Source of the DNA: Burkholderiales bacterium
GTDB lineage: Bacteria; Pseudomonadota; Gammaproteobacteria; Burkholderiales; SG8-39
NCBI GenBank assembly: GCA_036555245.1
Contig: DATBLP010000008.1
Coordinates: 5,403 to 69,402, forward strand
Reading direction: 5' to 3'
DNA: 64,000 nt
The notes under the pieces were generated by a model. It saw nothing but the letters and a program-made list of their open reading frames with translations, searched no databases and was not told the origin of the DNA. Position numbers and translations under genes: made by a program. Positions 20,034-29,629 of the stretch are shown here, one piece after another (within the stretch, counting starts at the first letter, position 1; each line of letters starts with the position of its first letter).

Positions 20034-20792
20034 GTGGATGAGATGTCGGCAGGTGGTGTTGCTGATCCGCGCGAGCGCTGCGAGACGCTGCTCGAGGTGA
20101 TGCGCAACCGGCTGACCACGCGCCAGTTCGATCCTGGCTGCGTCATTCCGCGCGCGCACTACGATCTGATCCTGGAGGCGGCGCGCCACGCGCCCTCCGG
20201 CGCGAACGCCCAGCCCTGGCACTACATCATCGTCACCGATCCTGCGACGAAGAAGAAGATCGCCGACTATTTCGTCGAGGAGCAGCGCCATCGCGCCAAG
20301 CTCAAGATGAAGTTTCCCACGCCGAACTACCGCGGCCTGGAAACGGCGCCGGGGATGATCGTGGTGGTCGCGGATTTCCGCTTCACTCGCGCCTTCCCGG
20401 TACTCATGGACGGCAGCGACCTTGACCGGCAGTACCACGAGAATGCCGAGCGCATCCTGCTGCAGAGCGTGGCCGCCTCGACCATGTCCGCGCACCTCGC
20501 GGCAGCGGCGCTGGGCTACAATGTCTGGTGGGTCACGGCGATCGGGCAGGAAACGGCGCAGCAGGCGATGCGGCCGCTGCTCGGCGTGCCCGAGGACCTG
20601 TCGATCGTCGACATCTTCTGCTTCGGTCCGGCGGCCAAGGCCCCCTATAAGCGCTGGAAGAAGCAGCTCGATCAGATCCGAAGCTGGGATCGCTTCGACA
20701 TGAAGAACTACATGAGCCTCGAGCAGATCGAGGCGTGGATCAAGGAAACGCGGCACAAGGTGATGTACCGCGACGAGTCGAAGATCGACTAG
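20034..20792 (+). CDS. nitroreductase-family protein
   Basis: ORF 20034..20792. Motif RHAPSGANAQPWHYIIV. Confidence 0.8.
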   Translation: MDEMSAGGVADPRERCETLLEVMRNRLTTRQFDPGCVIPRAHYDLILEAARHAPSGANAQPWHYIIVTDPATKKKIADYFVEEQRHRAKLKMKFPTPNYRGLETAPGMIVVVADFRFTRAFPVLMDGSDLDRQYHENAERILLQSVAASTMSAHLAAAALGYNVWWVTAIGQETAQQAMRPLLGVPEDLSIVDIFCFGPAAKAPYKRWKKQLDQIRSWDRFDMKNYMSLEQIEAWIKETRHKVMYRDESKID

Positions 20793-20920
20793 ACACGGGC
20801 CTGTGAGACCGACCAGGAGAGGCTCGTGAAGGCTTGGCCGAATCATTAGGGGTGTCCGGGGCACTTCAGGCCGGCAGTGCAGGGTACCGATGCGGAATAC
20901 ACTTCATAGGAGGGTTTGAC

Positions 20921-21286
20921 ATGCCAATCAAGAAAATCCTGATCGTCGACGATTCCCCCACCGACCGTCAGTTCCTGCTGGAGCTGCTGACCTCTCAGGG
21001 CTATCAATGCATCACCGCGTCGAACGGCGACGAGGGCATCGCCAAGACAAAGAGCGAGCAGCCCGACCTCGTCCTGATGGACATCATCATGCCGGGAACC
21101 GACGGTTTCAAGGCGACGCGCGCCATCACTCACGATGAAACCACCAAGCACATTCCGGTGATCGTGTGCACCAGCAAGAGACTGGAAACCGATCGCATCT
21201 GGGGGATGCGCCAGGGAGCCAAGGACTATGTAATGAAGCCTGTGGATCCCAAGGAACTCGCCGCGAAGATCGCCGCGCTCGGATGA
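20921..21286 (+). CDS. single-domain response regulator (CheY/PilH-like)
   Basis: Inside ORF 20834..21286. ATG 20921 is preceded by AGGAGG. Motifs KILIVDDS, DLVLMDIIMPG and VCTSK. Confidence 0.85.
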   Translation: MPIKKILIVDDSPTDRQFLLELLTSQGYQCITASNGDEGIAKTKSEQPDLVLMDIIMPGTDGFKATRAITHDETTKHIPVIVCTSKRLETDRIWGMRQGAKDYVMKPVDPKELAAKIAALG

Positions 21287-21335
21287 ACCTCGTCACGCTG
21301 CCCCGGACCGAGCCCTTCGGCAGGCCGCGCAGGCC

Positions 21336-22607
21336 CTAAACCAACCCGTCCATCAGCATCACATCCACGTCGTCGCCTGCCTTCACCGCGTCCTGCTCGT
21401 GCCTGAGCACCACGAAGCAATTGGCCTCGGACATCGAGCTGAGGATCCCGGAGCCCTGTGCGCCGGTGAGACGCACGGTCCACTCGCCGTTCTTTGCTTG
21501 CAGGATGCCGCGCTGGTATTCGGTGCGGCCGGGTTTCTTGCGCATCGGCGTTTCCGCCTTTGCGCGCAACAGCGGCAGGTCGGTGTCGCTGCGGCCCATC
21601 ATCGAGAGCAGCGCGCCGCGCACGAAGTGGTAGAAGGTCACCATCACGGCGACCGGGTTGCCGGGGAGGCCGAAGAGTGCGGCCGAACGCCCGCGCGAGC
21701 GGATGTGCCCGAAGGCCATCGGTCGGCCGGGGCGCATGGCGATCTTCCAGAACACGACTTCGCCGAGCTTCGCCATCATCTGCCTGGTGAAGTCGGCTTC
21801 GCCCACCGACACACCCCCTGAGGTGACCACCGCGTCCGCGCTCGCCGCTGCCTTGCGGAAGGCGGCCTCTAGCTTCTTCGGTTCGTCGCGCACGATGCCG
21901 AGGTCGATCACCTCGCAACCCAGGCGCGCGAGCATGCTCCACAGCGTGTAGCGATTCGAGTCGTGCACTTCGCCCGCTTTCAGCTTCTTTCCAACCGGGA
22001 CCAGCTCATCGCCCGTGGAGAAGAACGCGACGCGCAGCTTGCGGCGCACGCTCACCTCGCCAATGCCGAGCGAGGCGACGAGTCCGATGTCGGCGGGGCG
22101 CAGCATCCTGCCGGCCCGCAGTGCTGGTCGGCCTTTCTTCAGGTCTTCGCCGGCCAGCCGGCGGTTTTGCCCCCGCTCCTGCCCGGGGGGAATGGCGATG
22201 CGCCGGCCTTCCGCCGTCACAACCTCCTGGACAACCACGGTGTCGGTGTTCCTCGGCATCACCGCTCCGGTCATGACGCGCACGCACTCGCCGCGTTTCA
22301 CTTCCCCGGCGAACGGCTTGCCGGCAAAGGCGGTGCCGATCTCGACTAGGGTGACCGCGGCCCCTGCAATCAGGTCCTCGCCGCGCACCGCGTAACCGTC
22401 CATCGCCGAATTGTCGTGCGACGGGACGTCGATCGGCGAGACGATGTCCCTGGCGAGCACGCGCCCGAGAGCCGCGCGCACCGGGAGCTTCTGGAGCCCG
22501 GCGATGGGCTTCACGAACGAACGGATCACTTCGTTTGCTTTCGCGACCGGCAGCGCGTCCGGGTCGTAGTCGCTGACGCAGCTGATTGCCTGTTGCAGCG
22601 ATTTCAT
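21336..22607 (-). CDS. moeA: molybdopterin molybdotransferase MoeA (copy 1)
   Basis: ORF 21336..22607. Motifs SAMDGYAV, TSGGVSVGEADF, MRPGRPMAFG and GLPGNPVA. Confidence 0.9.
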   Translation of the reverse strand: MKSLQQAISCVSDYDPDALPVAKANEVIRSFVKPIAGLQKLPVRAALGRVLARDIVSPIDVPSHDNSAMDGYAVRGEDLIAGAAVTLVEIGTAFAGKPFAGEVKRGECVRVMTGAVMPRNTDTVVVQEVVTAEGRRIAIPPGQERGQNRRLAGEDLKKGRPALRAGRMLRPADIGLVASLGIGEVSVRRKLRVAFFSTGDELVPVGKKLKAGEVHDSNRYTLWSMLARLGCEVIDLGIVRDEPKKLEAAFRKAAASADAVVTSGGVSVGEADFTRQMMAKLGEVVFWKIAMRPGRPMAFGHIRSRGRSAALFGLPGNPVAVMVTFYHFVRGALLSMMGRSDTDLPLLRAKAETPMRKKPGRTEYQRGILQAKNGEWTVRLTGAQGSGILSSMSEANCFVVLRHEQDAVKAGDDVDVMLMDGLV

Positions 22608-23185
22608 TTTTCCCCGAACGAGGCCAGTTCTTCGAGCGTGTTGATGTTGGAGAAGGCCTCTGCCTCGTCGTCGAAGGAAACCTCGACCACGCTCAGGCTC
22701 GCGTACCAGGCGTCGATCTTGCGACCGCCGCCCTTGAGGAAGGCGTCGAGGTGATCCAGCACGCCGCGGCGCATGAGCGAGAACACCGGATGCGGCCGGT
22801 CTCCGGTCTTCGCCACGGCGAGCTCGGCGCCGGATTCGTCGATCCGCGCGTACAGGCGCTCCACGAGATCGGCGGGGAGAAACGGCGAGTCGCAGGGTAC
22901 CGAAACGAGGAAAGGGCGCTTGGACACCGATAGCCCGGCGTGAAAACCCGCGAGCGGGCCGGCGAATCCCGCAATCGCGTCGCTCACCACGCGCACGCCG
23001 AAGGAGCGGTACTCGTCGTGGTTCTGGTTGGCGTTGATGATGATCCCGCCCACCTGCGGCGCGAGCCGCTCGTATACATGATCGACGAGACGTCTGCCGC
23101 GAAAACCTTGCAGGCCCTTGTCCACTCCGCCCATGCGGCTGCCTTTGCCGCCGGCGAGGATGAGCCCAGTGACCGAGGAGAGCAC
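22604..23185 (-). CDS. mobA: molybdenum cofactor guanylyltransferase
   Basis: ORF 22604..23185. Motif LILAGGKGSRMGGVDKGL. The moeA start overlaps the mobA stop by 4 nt. Confidence 0.9.
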   Translation of the reverse strand: MLSSVTGLILAGGKGSRMGGVDKGLQGFRGRRLVDHVYERLAPQVGGIIINANQNHDEYRSFGVRVVSDAIAGFAGPLAGFHAGLSVSKRPFLVSVPCDSPFLPADLVERLYARIDESGAELAVAKTGDRPHPVFSLMRRGVLDHLDAFLKGGGRKIDAWYASLSVVEVSFDDEAEAFSNINTLEELASFGEK

Positions 23186-23195
23186 GCGCGCCCCG

Positions 23196-24050
23196 CTACG
23201 CCACCAGCGTCGGCGCGACGGTCTTCCGGAAGCGATGTCTGCCGGTGAAGAGCAGATAGTGCTTGCCCCCCGCGGCGCGGCCGATCATGGTGATGCCGAG
23301 CCTCATCGCGATTTCGTGGCCCATCTTGGTGAGCCCGGAACGCGAGACGAGGAAGGGAATCCGCATCTGCGCCGTCTTGATCACCATCTCCGAAGTGAGC
23401 CGGCCGGTGGTGTAGAAGATCTTGTCGGAGCCGTCTATGCCGTCGAGCCACATCTGTCCGGCGATCGCGTCCACTGCATTGTGCCTGCCGACGTCCTCGA
23501 CGAAATAGAGAATCTTCGTTTCGCCGGCGGTCGCATTTTCGGCGAGCGAGCAGCCGTGGACCGCGCCGGCTTCCTTGTAGATGGCCTCGTGCCGGCGCAC
23601 CGCGTCGAGCAGCGCATACAGGGCCTCTTCGGTGAGCACGACGTCGTCGCGCAGCTTGACCGAGTCGATCTCCTCCATCAGGTCGCCGAACACCGTGCCC
23701 TGGCCGCAGCCGGTCGTGACCGTGCGCTTCTTCATCTTGTCCGCGAGGCCCTTGAGGCGCTTGCGCGTCGTCACCGCGACCGACCCGGTTTCCCAGTCGA
23801 CCTGGACCGCGGCGATTTCCCCGATGGATTTCACGAGACGCTGGTTGCGCAGATAGCCGATGGCGAGCGCCTCGGGCGCCTGGCCGAGGGTCATGAGAGT
23901 TACGATCTCCCGCTTGTCCACGTAGAGCGTGAGCGGATGCTCGCCTGCGATCGGCGTCGCGAGCGCCTCGCCGCGCTCGTTGATCGCTTCCACCTCGAAA
24001 GTGAGCGGGCGCGAGGCGCGGGTGATCTCTGGCTTCAATTGACGGATCAT
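23196..24050 (-). CDS. fdhD: formate dehydrogenase accessory sulfurtransferase FdhD
   Basis: ORF 23196..24050. Motifs TTGCGQG, EDVGRHNAVDA and LVSRSG. Confidence 0.9.
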   Translation of the reverse strand: MIRQLKPEITRASRPLTFEVEAINERGEALATPIAGEHPLTLYVDKREIVTLMTLGQAPEALAIGYLRNQRLVKSIGEIAAVQVDWETGSVAVTTRKRLKGLADKMKKRTVTTGCGQGTVFGDLMEEIDSVKLRDDVVLTEEALYALLDAVRRHEAIYKEAGAVHGCSLAENATAGETKILYFVEDVGRHNAVDAIAGQMWLDGIDGSDKIFYTTGRLTSEMVIKTAQMRIPFLVSRSGLTKMGHEIAMRLGITMIGRAAGGKHYLLFTGRHRFRKTVAPTLVA

Positions 24051-24056
24051 GGGCGG

Positions 24057-24341
24057 TCAGCGCCGGAAGAGGAGCCAGGAAACGTAGGCGATCAGGACGA
24101 TGAGAAGGGGCAGCGCCACGATCATCACCTTGCGCGCTGTGCCGACGATCTGCGCGCTTTTTGCCTGGATCGCCTCGGCGCGCTCCTGGATTCGCTCGGC
24201 GCGGTCATATTGTTTCCGCACCATGGCGAATTGCTCGCGCTGCAGCGCGAGCGCCTCCGCCTGGCGCTCGAGCTGGGTGCGCTGATCGTCGCGGATTTCC
24301 TCGAGAACCGACACGACCCGCCGAAGGTCTTCGCCGTCCAC
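24057..24341 (-). CDS. hypothetical tail-anchored coiled-coil protein (94 aa)
   Basis: ORF 24057..24341. Charged heptad-like N-terminal region and a single C-terminal TM helix (VMIVALPLLIVLIAYVSWLLF). Lies 6 nt upstream of fdhD on the same strand. Confidence 0.5.
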   Translation of the reverse strand: MDGEDLRRVVSVLEEIRDDQRTQLERQAEALALQREQFAMVRKQYDRAERIQERAEAIQAKSAQIVGTARKVMIVALPLLIVLIAYVSWLLFRR

Positions 24342-24481
24342 CCGCGCCTAGTGAGTCTCTGAATTGCTCACGCCGCTGGTCTTCCTGCAGCACGCAGCCA
24401 TCACAAGTCCTTGATCGCGCTTTCCCTCGCGGGTCCAGCTCCGTTGCCTCGCGACACAACTCATGACTTTTCAGACCCTCC

Positions 24482-25567
24482 CTAGCCGCCGATATAGGAC
24501 ATCTCGATCTTTCGCCCTCTGGCGGTCTCCGCCGTGCGGATCTCGGAATAGCGGTCGGCGCGCGTCTGCCAGATGCGCGCGATGGCGCCGGCGATTTCTT
24601 CGTCGGCCGATCCGCCGCGCAGCAGGGCGCGCAGGTCGTAGCCCGCCGCTGCGAACAGGCAGGTGTACAGCACGCCCTCGGTCGAAAGCCGCGCGCGGGT
24701 GCAGCTGCGGCAGAAAGCCTGCGTCACCGAGGAGATGACGCCGATCTCCCCCGACCCATCCGTGTGGCGCCAGCGCTCCGCGACCTCGCCAGGATAATTG
24801 GGGTCGATCGATTCCAGGGGCATGGTCGCCGCGATTGCGCGTACGACTTCAGCGGAGGGCACGACGTCGTCCATGCGCCAGCCGTTGGTTGCGCCCACGT
24901 CCATGTACTCGATGAAGCGCACGATGTGGCCGCTGCCCTTGAAATGCCGCGCCATGGGAACGATCGAATTCTCGTTTGCCCCGCGCTTGACCACCATGTT
25001 GATTTTGACCGGCGCGAGCCCGGCGGCGGCGGCCGCGTCGATCCCGGCGAGCACTTGCGCGACCGGAAAATCGGCATCGTTCATCATGCGGAAGGTACGC
25101 TCGTCGAGCGAGTCGAGGCTCACGGTCACGCGCTTGAGGCCCGCGCTCCTCAGCGTGCGCGCTTTCTTCTCGAGCAGCGAGCCGTTCGTCGTCAAGGTCA
25201 GGTCGATCCCGGGGATGTCGGCGAGCAATTCGATCAGGCGCTCGAGGTTCTTGCGCAGGAGCGGCTCCCCTCCGGTCAGGCGGATTTTCTCGACGCCCTG
25301 GCTCCTGAAGACGCGGGCAAGGCGCGCGATCTCCTCGAAAGAAAGCAGTTCGCTGCGCGGAAGGAACGCATAGTCCGGGCCGAAGACGTCGCGCGGCATG
25401 CAATAGATGCAGCGGAAATTGCAGCGGTCGGTGACCGAAATGCGCAGGTCGCGCAAGGCACGCCCGAGCGCGTCCCTGCCCGCTCCCGCGGGTGGGGCGT
25501 TAAACCCTCCCGAGGGGAGGGGTTTTGTCCTGCGTGCGTCGCTGATTCGTATGATCCGGTCCGTCAT
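24482..25567 (-). CDS. moaA: GTP 3',8-cyclase MoaA
   Basis: ORF 24482..25618. Radical-SAM motif [13 protein letters not shown] prefer the ATG at 25567 (MTDRIIRI...), but 25618 is also possible. Confidence 0.9.
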   Translation of the reverse strand: MTDRIIRISDARRTKPLPSGGFNAPPAGAGRDALGRALRDLRISVTDRCNFRCIYCMPRDVFGPDYAFLPRSELLSFEEIARLARVFRSQGVEKIRLTGGEPLLRKNLERLIELLADIPGIDLTLTTNGSLLEKKARTLRSAGLKRVTVSLDSLDERTFRMMNDADFPVAQVLAGIDAAAAAGLAPVKINMVVKRGANENSIVPMARHFKGSGHIVRFIEYMDVGATNGWRMDDVVPSAEVVRAIAATMPLESIDPNYPGEVAERWRHTDGSGEIGVISSVTQAFCRSCTRARLSTEGVLYTCLFAAAGYDLRALLRGGSADEEIAGAIARIWQTRADRYSEIRTAETARGRKIEMSYIGG

Positions 25568-25638
25568 GATTCGCGTAGCCGCATCATGAAATGCGGTACA
25601 TAATTCACCGTTGCTCAACTGCGAGTATAGCCGGAAAA

Positions 25639-26115
25639 ATGCCGTATCCGAACCTTGCCGTCGCCGTCGTCATGGAGCGCACGCGCCTCGACAACCGCTG
25701 GCAAGCGGAAAAATGGGAGCCGATCGGCGTCCTGCCGGATACGCAGGAGGACGGAAGCGCGCCGCGACTGCTGCACGAGGATGCCCTGAGGGCGCGATGG
25801 CTGCACCCGGGATTCACCTTGGAGCTATTCCATGACGAGTCGGAGGGTTACTACCTGAACCTCGCCTCGCCGCAGCCTTATGTGTTCGTGAACTGGCTGG
25901 AAGAGTCGGGCGCAGGCGTGCCCAAGCTTGTGACGGTGAGCTATAACGAAGCCGCGCGCATGATGGACGGCGGCGCGCGCGTGGACGGGGTGCCCATGCC
26001 CACCGAGTGGATTCCGTGGCTCGAGGAATACGTGAAGAAGCATTACGTGCCCGAGCCGAAGAAGAAACGCATCCGCCCGCCGTCGTTCAAAGGCGCGCAC
26101 CGGGACGATCGATGA
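25639..26115 (+). CDS. DUF3305-like protein
   Basis: Inside ORF 25591..26115. I chose the ATG at 25639 ([14 protein letters not shown]...). Family assignment is from memory of FDH-linked DUF3305 proteins. Stop overlaps the next start (ATGA). Confidence 0.65.
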   Translation: MPYPNLAVAVVMERTRLDNRWQAEKWEPIGVLPDTQEDGSAPRLLHEDALRARWLHPGFTLELFHDESEGYYLNLASPQPYVFVNWLEESGAGVPKLVTVSYNEAARMMDGGARVDGVPMPTEWIPWLEEYVKKHYVPEPKKKRIRPPSFKGAHRDDR

Positions 26116-26636
26116 GCGACGACAGAGAGCCGTTCATTTCTCGCTGGTCGCGGCGCAAGCTGGAGTCGGCGAAGCCGGCGGAAGGGCCGAAAGCGGATGC
26201 GCCGACTCCCCCGGGGGCGTTCGTGCCGGCGCCGGGAGTCGCGACGCCGCAGGCCCCTGTCCAAACCGAGTTGCCGTCGATCGATTCGCTGCGGGGTCTC
26301 GCGTCGGAGTACCGGGACTTCCTTGCCCCGGGCGTGGACGAAAACTTGCGCCGCGCTGCGTTGAAGAAACTCTTCCGCGACCCGCATTTCAACGTGATGG
26401 ACGGCCTGGACGTGTACATAGACGACTATTCCAGACCGGATCCGATTCCCGATGCCATGCTGAGAACGCTTGCCCACGCCAAGGGCCTGCTGTTCGGCGA
26501 GGAGAAAAAGGAAACGCAGGCCCTCCCGGGAGAGCCTGCCGCTCAGTCGCTGCCGGAGGGTCCTGGTGCCACGGGCGTCCAGGCACAAGCTTCGTCCGTT
26601 GTGCCGACCGAGCAGAACGAGAAGAACAAGACCTGA
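26112..26636 (+). CDS. DUF3306-like protein
   Basis: Inside ORF 26007..26636. ATG 26112 gives [19 protein letters not shown], followed by a Pro/Ala-rich linker. Family assignment from memory. Confidence 0.65.
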   Translation: MSDDREPFISRWSRRKLESAKPAEGPKADAPTPPGAFVPAPGVATPQAPVQTELPSIDSLRGLASEYRDFLAPGVDENLRRAALKKLFRDPHFNVMDGLDVYIDDYSRPDPIPDAMLRTLAHAKGLLFGEEKKETQALPGEPAAQSLPEGPGATGVQAQASSVVPTEQNEKNKT

Positions 26637-26637
26637 C

Positions 26638-28722
26638 ATGGCGTTCGAGGACAGCACCCTGAAAGTCTGCAACTGCAACAAGACGATGGCGCTCGACGCG
26701 AAGGCGCTCTCGGCGGCGCTGAAGCTCAAGCAACCCGTTCAGATTCACACCGAGCTTTGCCGCAAGGAAGTTGCGAGCTTCGAGCGGGCGCTGAAGGACG
26801 AACGCTGCGTAGTCGCCTGCACGCAGGAGGCGCCGCTTTTCTCGGAGCTTGCCGAGGCCGCAAACGCGCAGACGGGGCTGCGGTTCGTCAATATTCGCGA
26901 GCAGGCCGGCTGGTCCGCGGAAGGCGCGAAGGCGACGCCGAAGATCGCCGCTCTGCTGGCGCTTGCCGAGCTGCCCGAGCCGGAACCGGTCCCTGGCGTG
27001 TCCTATGAATCGGGCGGGGAGTTGCTCATCGTCGGGCCGGCGCAGGCGGCTATTCCCTGGGCCGAGAAGCTTGCGGAGCAGCTCGAGGTGAATGTGCTTG
27101 TCACTTCGGAGCGCGGGGGAGAATTGTCCGCGGAGCGGCGCTACCCGGTGTGGTCCGGGAGACTGAAATCGGTGCGCGGCTATTTGGGCGCGTTCGAAGT
27201 GAGCTGGGAGCAGGCGAACGCCATCGACCTTGAGGTGTGCACCCGCTGCAACGCCTGTGTTCGGGCGTGCCCCGAGCAGGCGATCGATTTTTCCTATCAG
27301 ATCGACATGAGCAAGTGCAAGGCGCACCGCCAGTGCGTGAAGGCCTGCGGGGCGATCGGCGCGATCGACTTCGAGCGCGCGGAGCGGGAGCGCGGCGAAC
27401 GTTTCGACATGGTCCTCGATCTTTCCCGCGAGCCCTTCGTGAAGACTCCACAGTTGCCCCAAGGCTACCTCGCGCCGGGCGACGACCCGCTCGAGCAGGC
27501 GCTTGCCGCCGCCCGGCTCGCGCAGTGGGTCGGGGAATTCGAGAAGCCGAGGTTCTTTGCCTACAACGAGAAGATCTGCGCGCATAGCCGCTCGGGCAAG
27601 CCGGGGTGCAACCAGTGCATAGACGTGTGCTCGACCGGAGCGATTTCTTCGGACGGCGACTACGTCAAGGTCGACCCGCACCTGTGCATGGGTTGCGGCG
27701 GCTGCGCAAGCGTATGCCCATCGGGCGCGATGACCTATGCCTATCCGCGCGCGCCCGATCTGGGCCTGCGGCTGAAACGCCTCCTTTCCGTATACGCGGA
27801 GGCCGGCGGCAGGGATGCCTGCATTCTGCTGCACAACGCGGCCGAGAGCCGCGGGCTCATTGCCAGGCTCGCGCGCCGCGGGAAGGGTCTGCCTGCGCGC
27901 GTGATCCCGCTCGAGACCCACCATCCCGCCTCTATCGGGATCGACGTTCTGCTGGCGGCGATCGCATACGGTGCGAGCCAAGTCGTGCTCCTCGCCACGC
28001 CGGACGAGACGGCCGAATACGGCGACGCCGTGAAAAAACAGATGAGTTTCGCGGAATCGGTCCTCAACGCGCTCGGCTATGGCGGCACGCATTTTCACTG
28101 GCTCGCGACCGACTCGCTCCAAGAGCTCGAAGGGTCCTTGTGGCCGCTCGCACCTGCGGCGACGGTGCCCAAGCCCGCGACCTACAACCTATCCCCGGAA
28201 AAAAGAACCACGCTCGAGTTCGCAATCGAGCACCTGGCGAAGCTGGCGCCGAAGCCGCAGGAGGAGATCAAACTGGGCGCGGGCGCGCCCTATGGGCTGG
28301 TGCTGGTGAACAAGGAGACCTGTACCCTTTGCATGGCGTGCGTGGGCGCCTGCCCGGAATCGGCGCTCCACGACGGCCGCGACCGGCCGATGCTGAAGTT
28401 CATCGAGCGCAACTGCGTGCAATGCGGACTGTGCGTGAATACCTGTCCGGAGAAAGCGATTTCGCTCGCGCCGCGGCTCCTCCTTGCCGCGCGGGCGAAG
28501 CAGGAAGTGACTCTGAACGAGGCCGAGCCGTTCAACTGCGTGCGCTGCGGCAAGCCTTTCGGCACGCGGCAGATGGTGGACAACATGCTCGGCAAGCTCT
28601 CCGGCCATTCGATGTTCGCCGGGGACGGCGCCTTGAAACGGCTGCAAATGTGCGCCGATTGCCGCGTCGTGGACATGATGGAGAACAAAGACGAGGTGTC
28701 GATCCTGGGGACGAGGAAATGA
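26638..28722 (+). CDS. large cytoplasmic poly-ferredoxin (multiple 4Fe-4S motifs, 694 aa)
   Basis: Inside ORF 26470..28722, ATG 26638. At least six CxxCxxCxxxC(P) motifs (CTRCNACVRACP, CMGCGGCASVCP, CTLCMACVGACP, CVQCGLCVNTCP and others). No signal peptide. Confidence 0.8.
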   Translation: MAFEDSTLKVCNCNKTMALDAKALSAALKLKQPVQIHTELCRKEVASFERALKDERCVVACTQEAPLFSELAEAANAQTGLRFVNIREQAGWSAEGAKATPKIAALLALAELPEPEPVPGVSYESGGELLIVGPAQAAIPWAEKLAEQLEVNVLVTSERGGELSAERRYPVWSGRLKSVRGYLGAFEVSWEQANAIDLEVCTRCNACVRACPEQAIDFSYQIDMSKCKAHRQCVKACGAIGAIDFERAERERGERFDMVLDLSREPFVKTPQLPQGYLAPGDDPLEQALAAARLAQWVGEFEKPRFFAYNEKICAHSRSGKPGCNQCIDVCSTGAISSDGDYVKVDPHLCMGCGGCASVCPSGAMTYAYPRAPDLGLRLKRLLSVYAEAGGRDACILLHNAAESRGLIARLARRGKGLPARVIPLETHHPASIGIDVLLAAIAYGASQVVLLATPDETAEYGDAVKKQMSFAESVLNALGYGGTHFHWLATDSLQELEGSLWPLAPAATVPKPATYNLSPEKRTTLEFAIEHLAKLAPKPQEEIKLGAGAPYGLVLVNKETCTLCMACVGACPESALHDGRDRPMLKFIERNCVQCGLCVNTCPEKAISLAPRLLLAARAKQEVTLNEAEPFNCVRCGKPFGTRQMVDNMLGKLSGHSMFAGDGALKRLQMCADCRVVDMMENKDEVSILGTRK

Positions 28723-29345
28723 GCGCGACTGCCACCCCGCTCACCTTCCAGCCTCCGGAGTCGCCGGAAGACAAGGCGCGCGCGGGGTACTACGCGCTGC
28801 TTGCGCGGCTTCTTTACTCGGGCCCGGACGCGGCGCTGCTCGCCTCGATCGGCGAGACCACTGAGCCCGCGGGCGACCGCGAGCACTCTGCCCTGGGGGA
28901 CGCGTGGAAACGGCTCGCGGCGGCTGCGCTGGCGATGGACTTGGAGGCGGCGGCCCTGGAGTACGACGAGCTTTTCGTCGGCACGGGCAAGGCGGAGGTG
29001 ACCCCGTATGCAAGCCACTACATCGCCGAGACCGGCCGCGAGAAGATCCTCGTCCGGCTACGCGACGAGCTGGCCGAAATGGGCCTTTCCAGGACGCAGA
29101 CCTCGCGGGAACCCGAAGATCATTTCGCAGGGCTGTTCGACGTAATGCGGTATCTGATTTTGTTGGGGTCTGAGGATGCTGCACTGCAAAAGCAAAGGGT
29201 TTTTTTCGAGCGCTACATCGAGCCTTCATACCGGAGTTTTTGCAGCGCAATAACCGAGGCCGACCGATCGAACTTCTATGGCCACGTCGCGCGCTTTGCC
29301 CTGGCCTTCCTTGTGGTTGAAAGCGAGGCCCTTAAAGTGTTCTAA
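28719..29345 (+). CDS. TorD/DmsD-family redox-enzyme maturation chaperone
   Basis: Inside ORF 27606..29345. ATG 28719 overlaps the ferredoxin stop (ATGA). Motifs EYDELFVG, TPYASHY and EPEDHFAGLFDVM. Confidence 0.75.
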   Translation: MSATATPLTFQPPESPEDKARAGYYALLARLLYSGPDAALLASIGETTEPAGDREHSALGDAWKRLAAAALAMDLEAAALEYDELFVGTGKAEVTPYASHYIAETGREKILVRLRDELAEMGLSRTQTSREPEDHFAGLFDVMRYLILLGSEDAALQKQRVFFERYIEPSYRSFCSAITEADRSNFYGHVARFALAFLVVESEALKVF

Positions 29346-29403
29346 TTGTCTTCATGCAGTAAGATTCATATCTGGTATGTCCACGGTAGGAAGGAGACAA
29401 CAT

Positions 29404-29610
29404 ATGAAGAACGAAACCAAATCCAGACTCGGCCGCAGAAACTTCCTACTTGCAGTCGGCGCCGGCGGTGCCGCAACGGCAGCCGCGATCGCGAGCAAGG
29501 TAGTCGCTCCCGACCAGCCCGCGCCGGTCGCGAGCAAGGACAAACGTCGCGGAAAGGGTTACCAGGAAACCGCGCACGTCCGCAGCTACTACAGCACCGC
29601 AAAAGTCTGA
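29404..29610 (+). CDS. 68-aa Tat-signal peptide protein of FDH regions
   Basis: Inside ORF 29278..29610. ATG 29404 follows AAGGAG. Twin-arginine motif GRRNFLLAVGAGGAA. Resembles the small 'formate dehydrogenase region TAT target' family (from memory). Confidence 0.7.
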   Translation: MKNETKSRLGRRNFLLAVGAGGAATAAAIASKVVAPDQPAPVASKDKRRGKGYQETAHVRSYYSTAKV

Positions 29611-29629
29611 ATCTCGAGGAGGCGTGAAC

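Noticed and set aside
25498-25528. Strong hairpin AAACCCTCCC-GAGG-GGAGGGGTTT near the moaA 5' end, considered as part of a Moco riboswitch
   Set aside because: It lies inside the reading frame (codes ...[10 protein letters not shown]...). There is no in-frame start downstream that would leave an adequate MoaA N-terminus. Long N-terminal extensions ending in [16 protein letters not shown] are, from memory, normal for betaproteobacterial MoaA.
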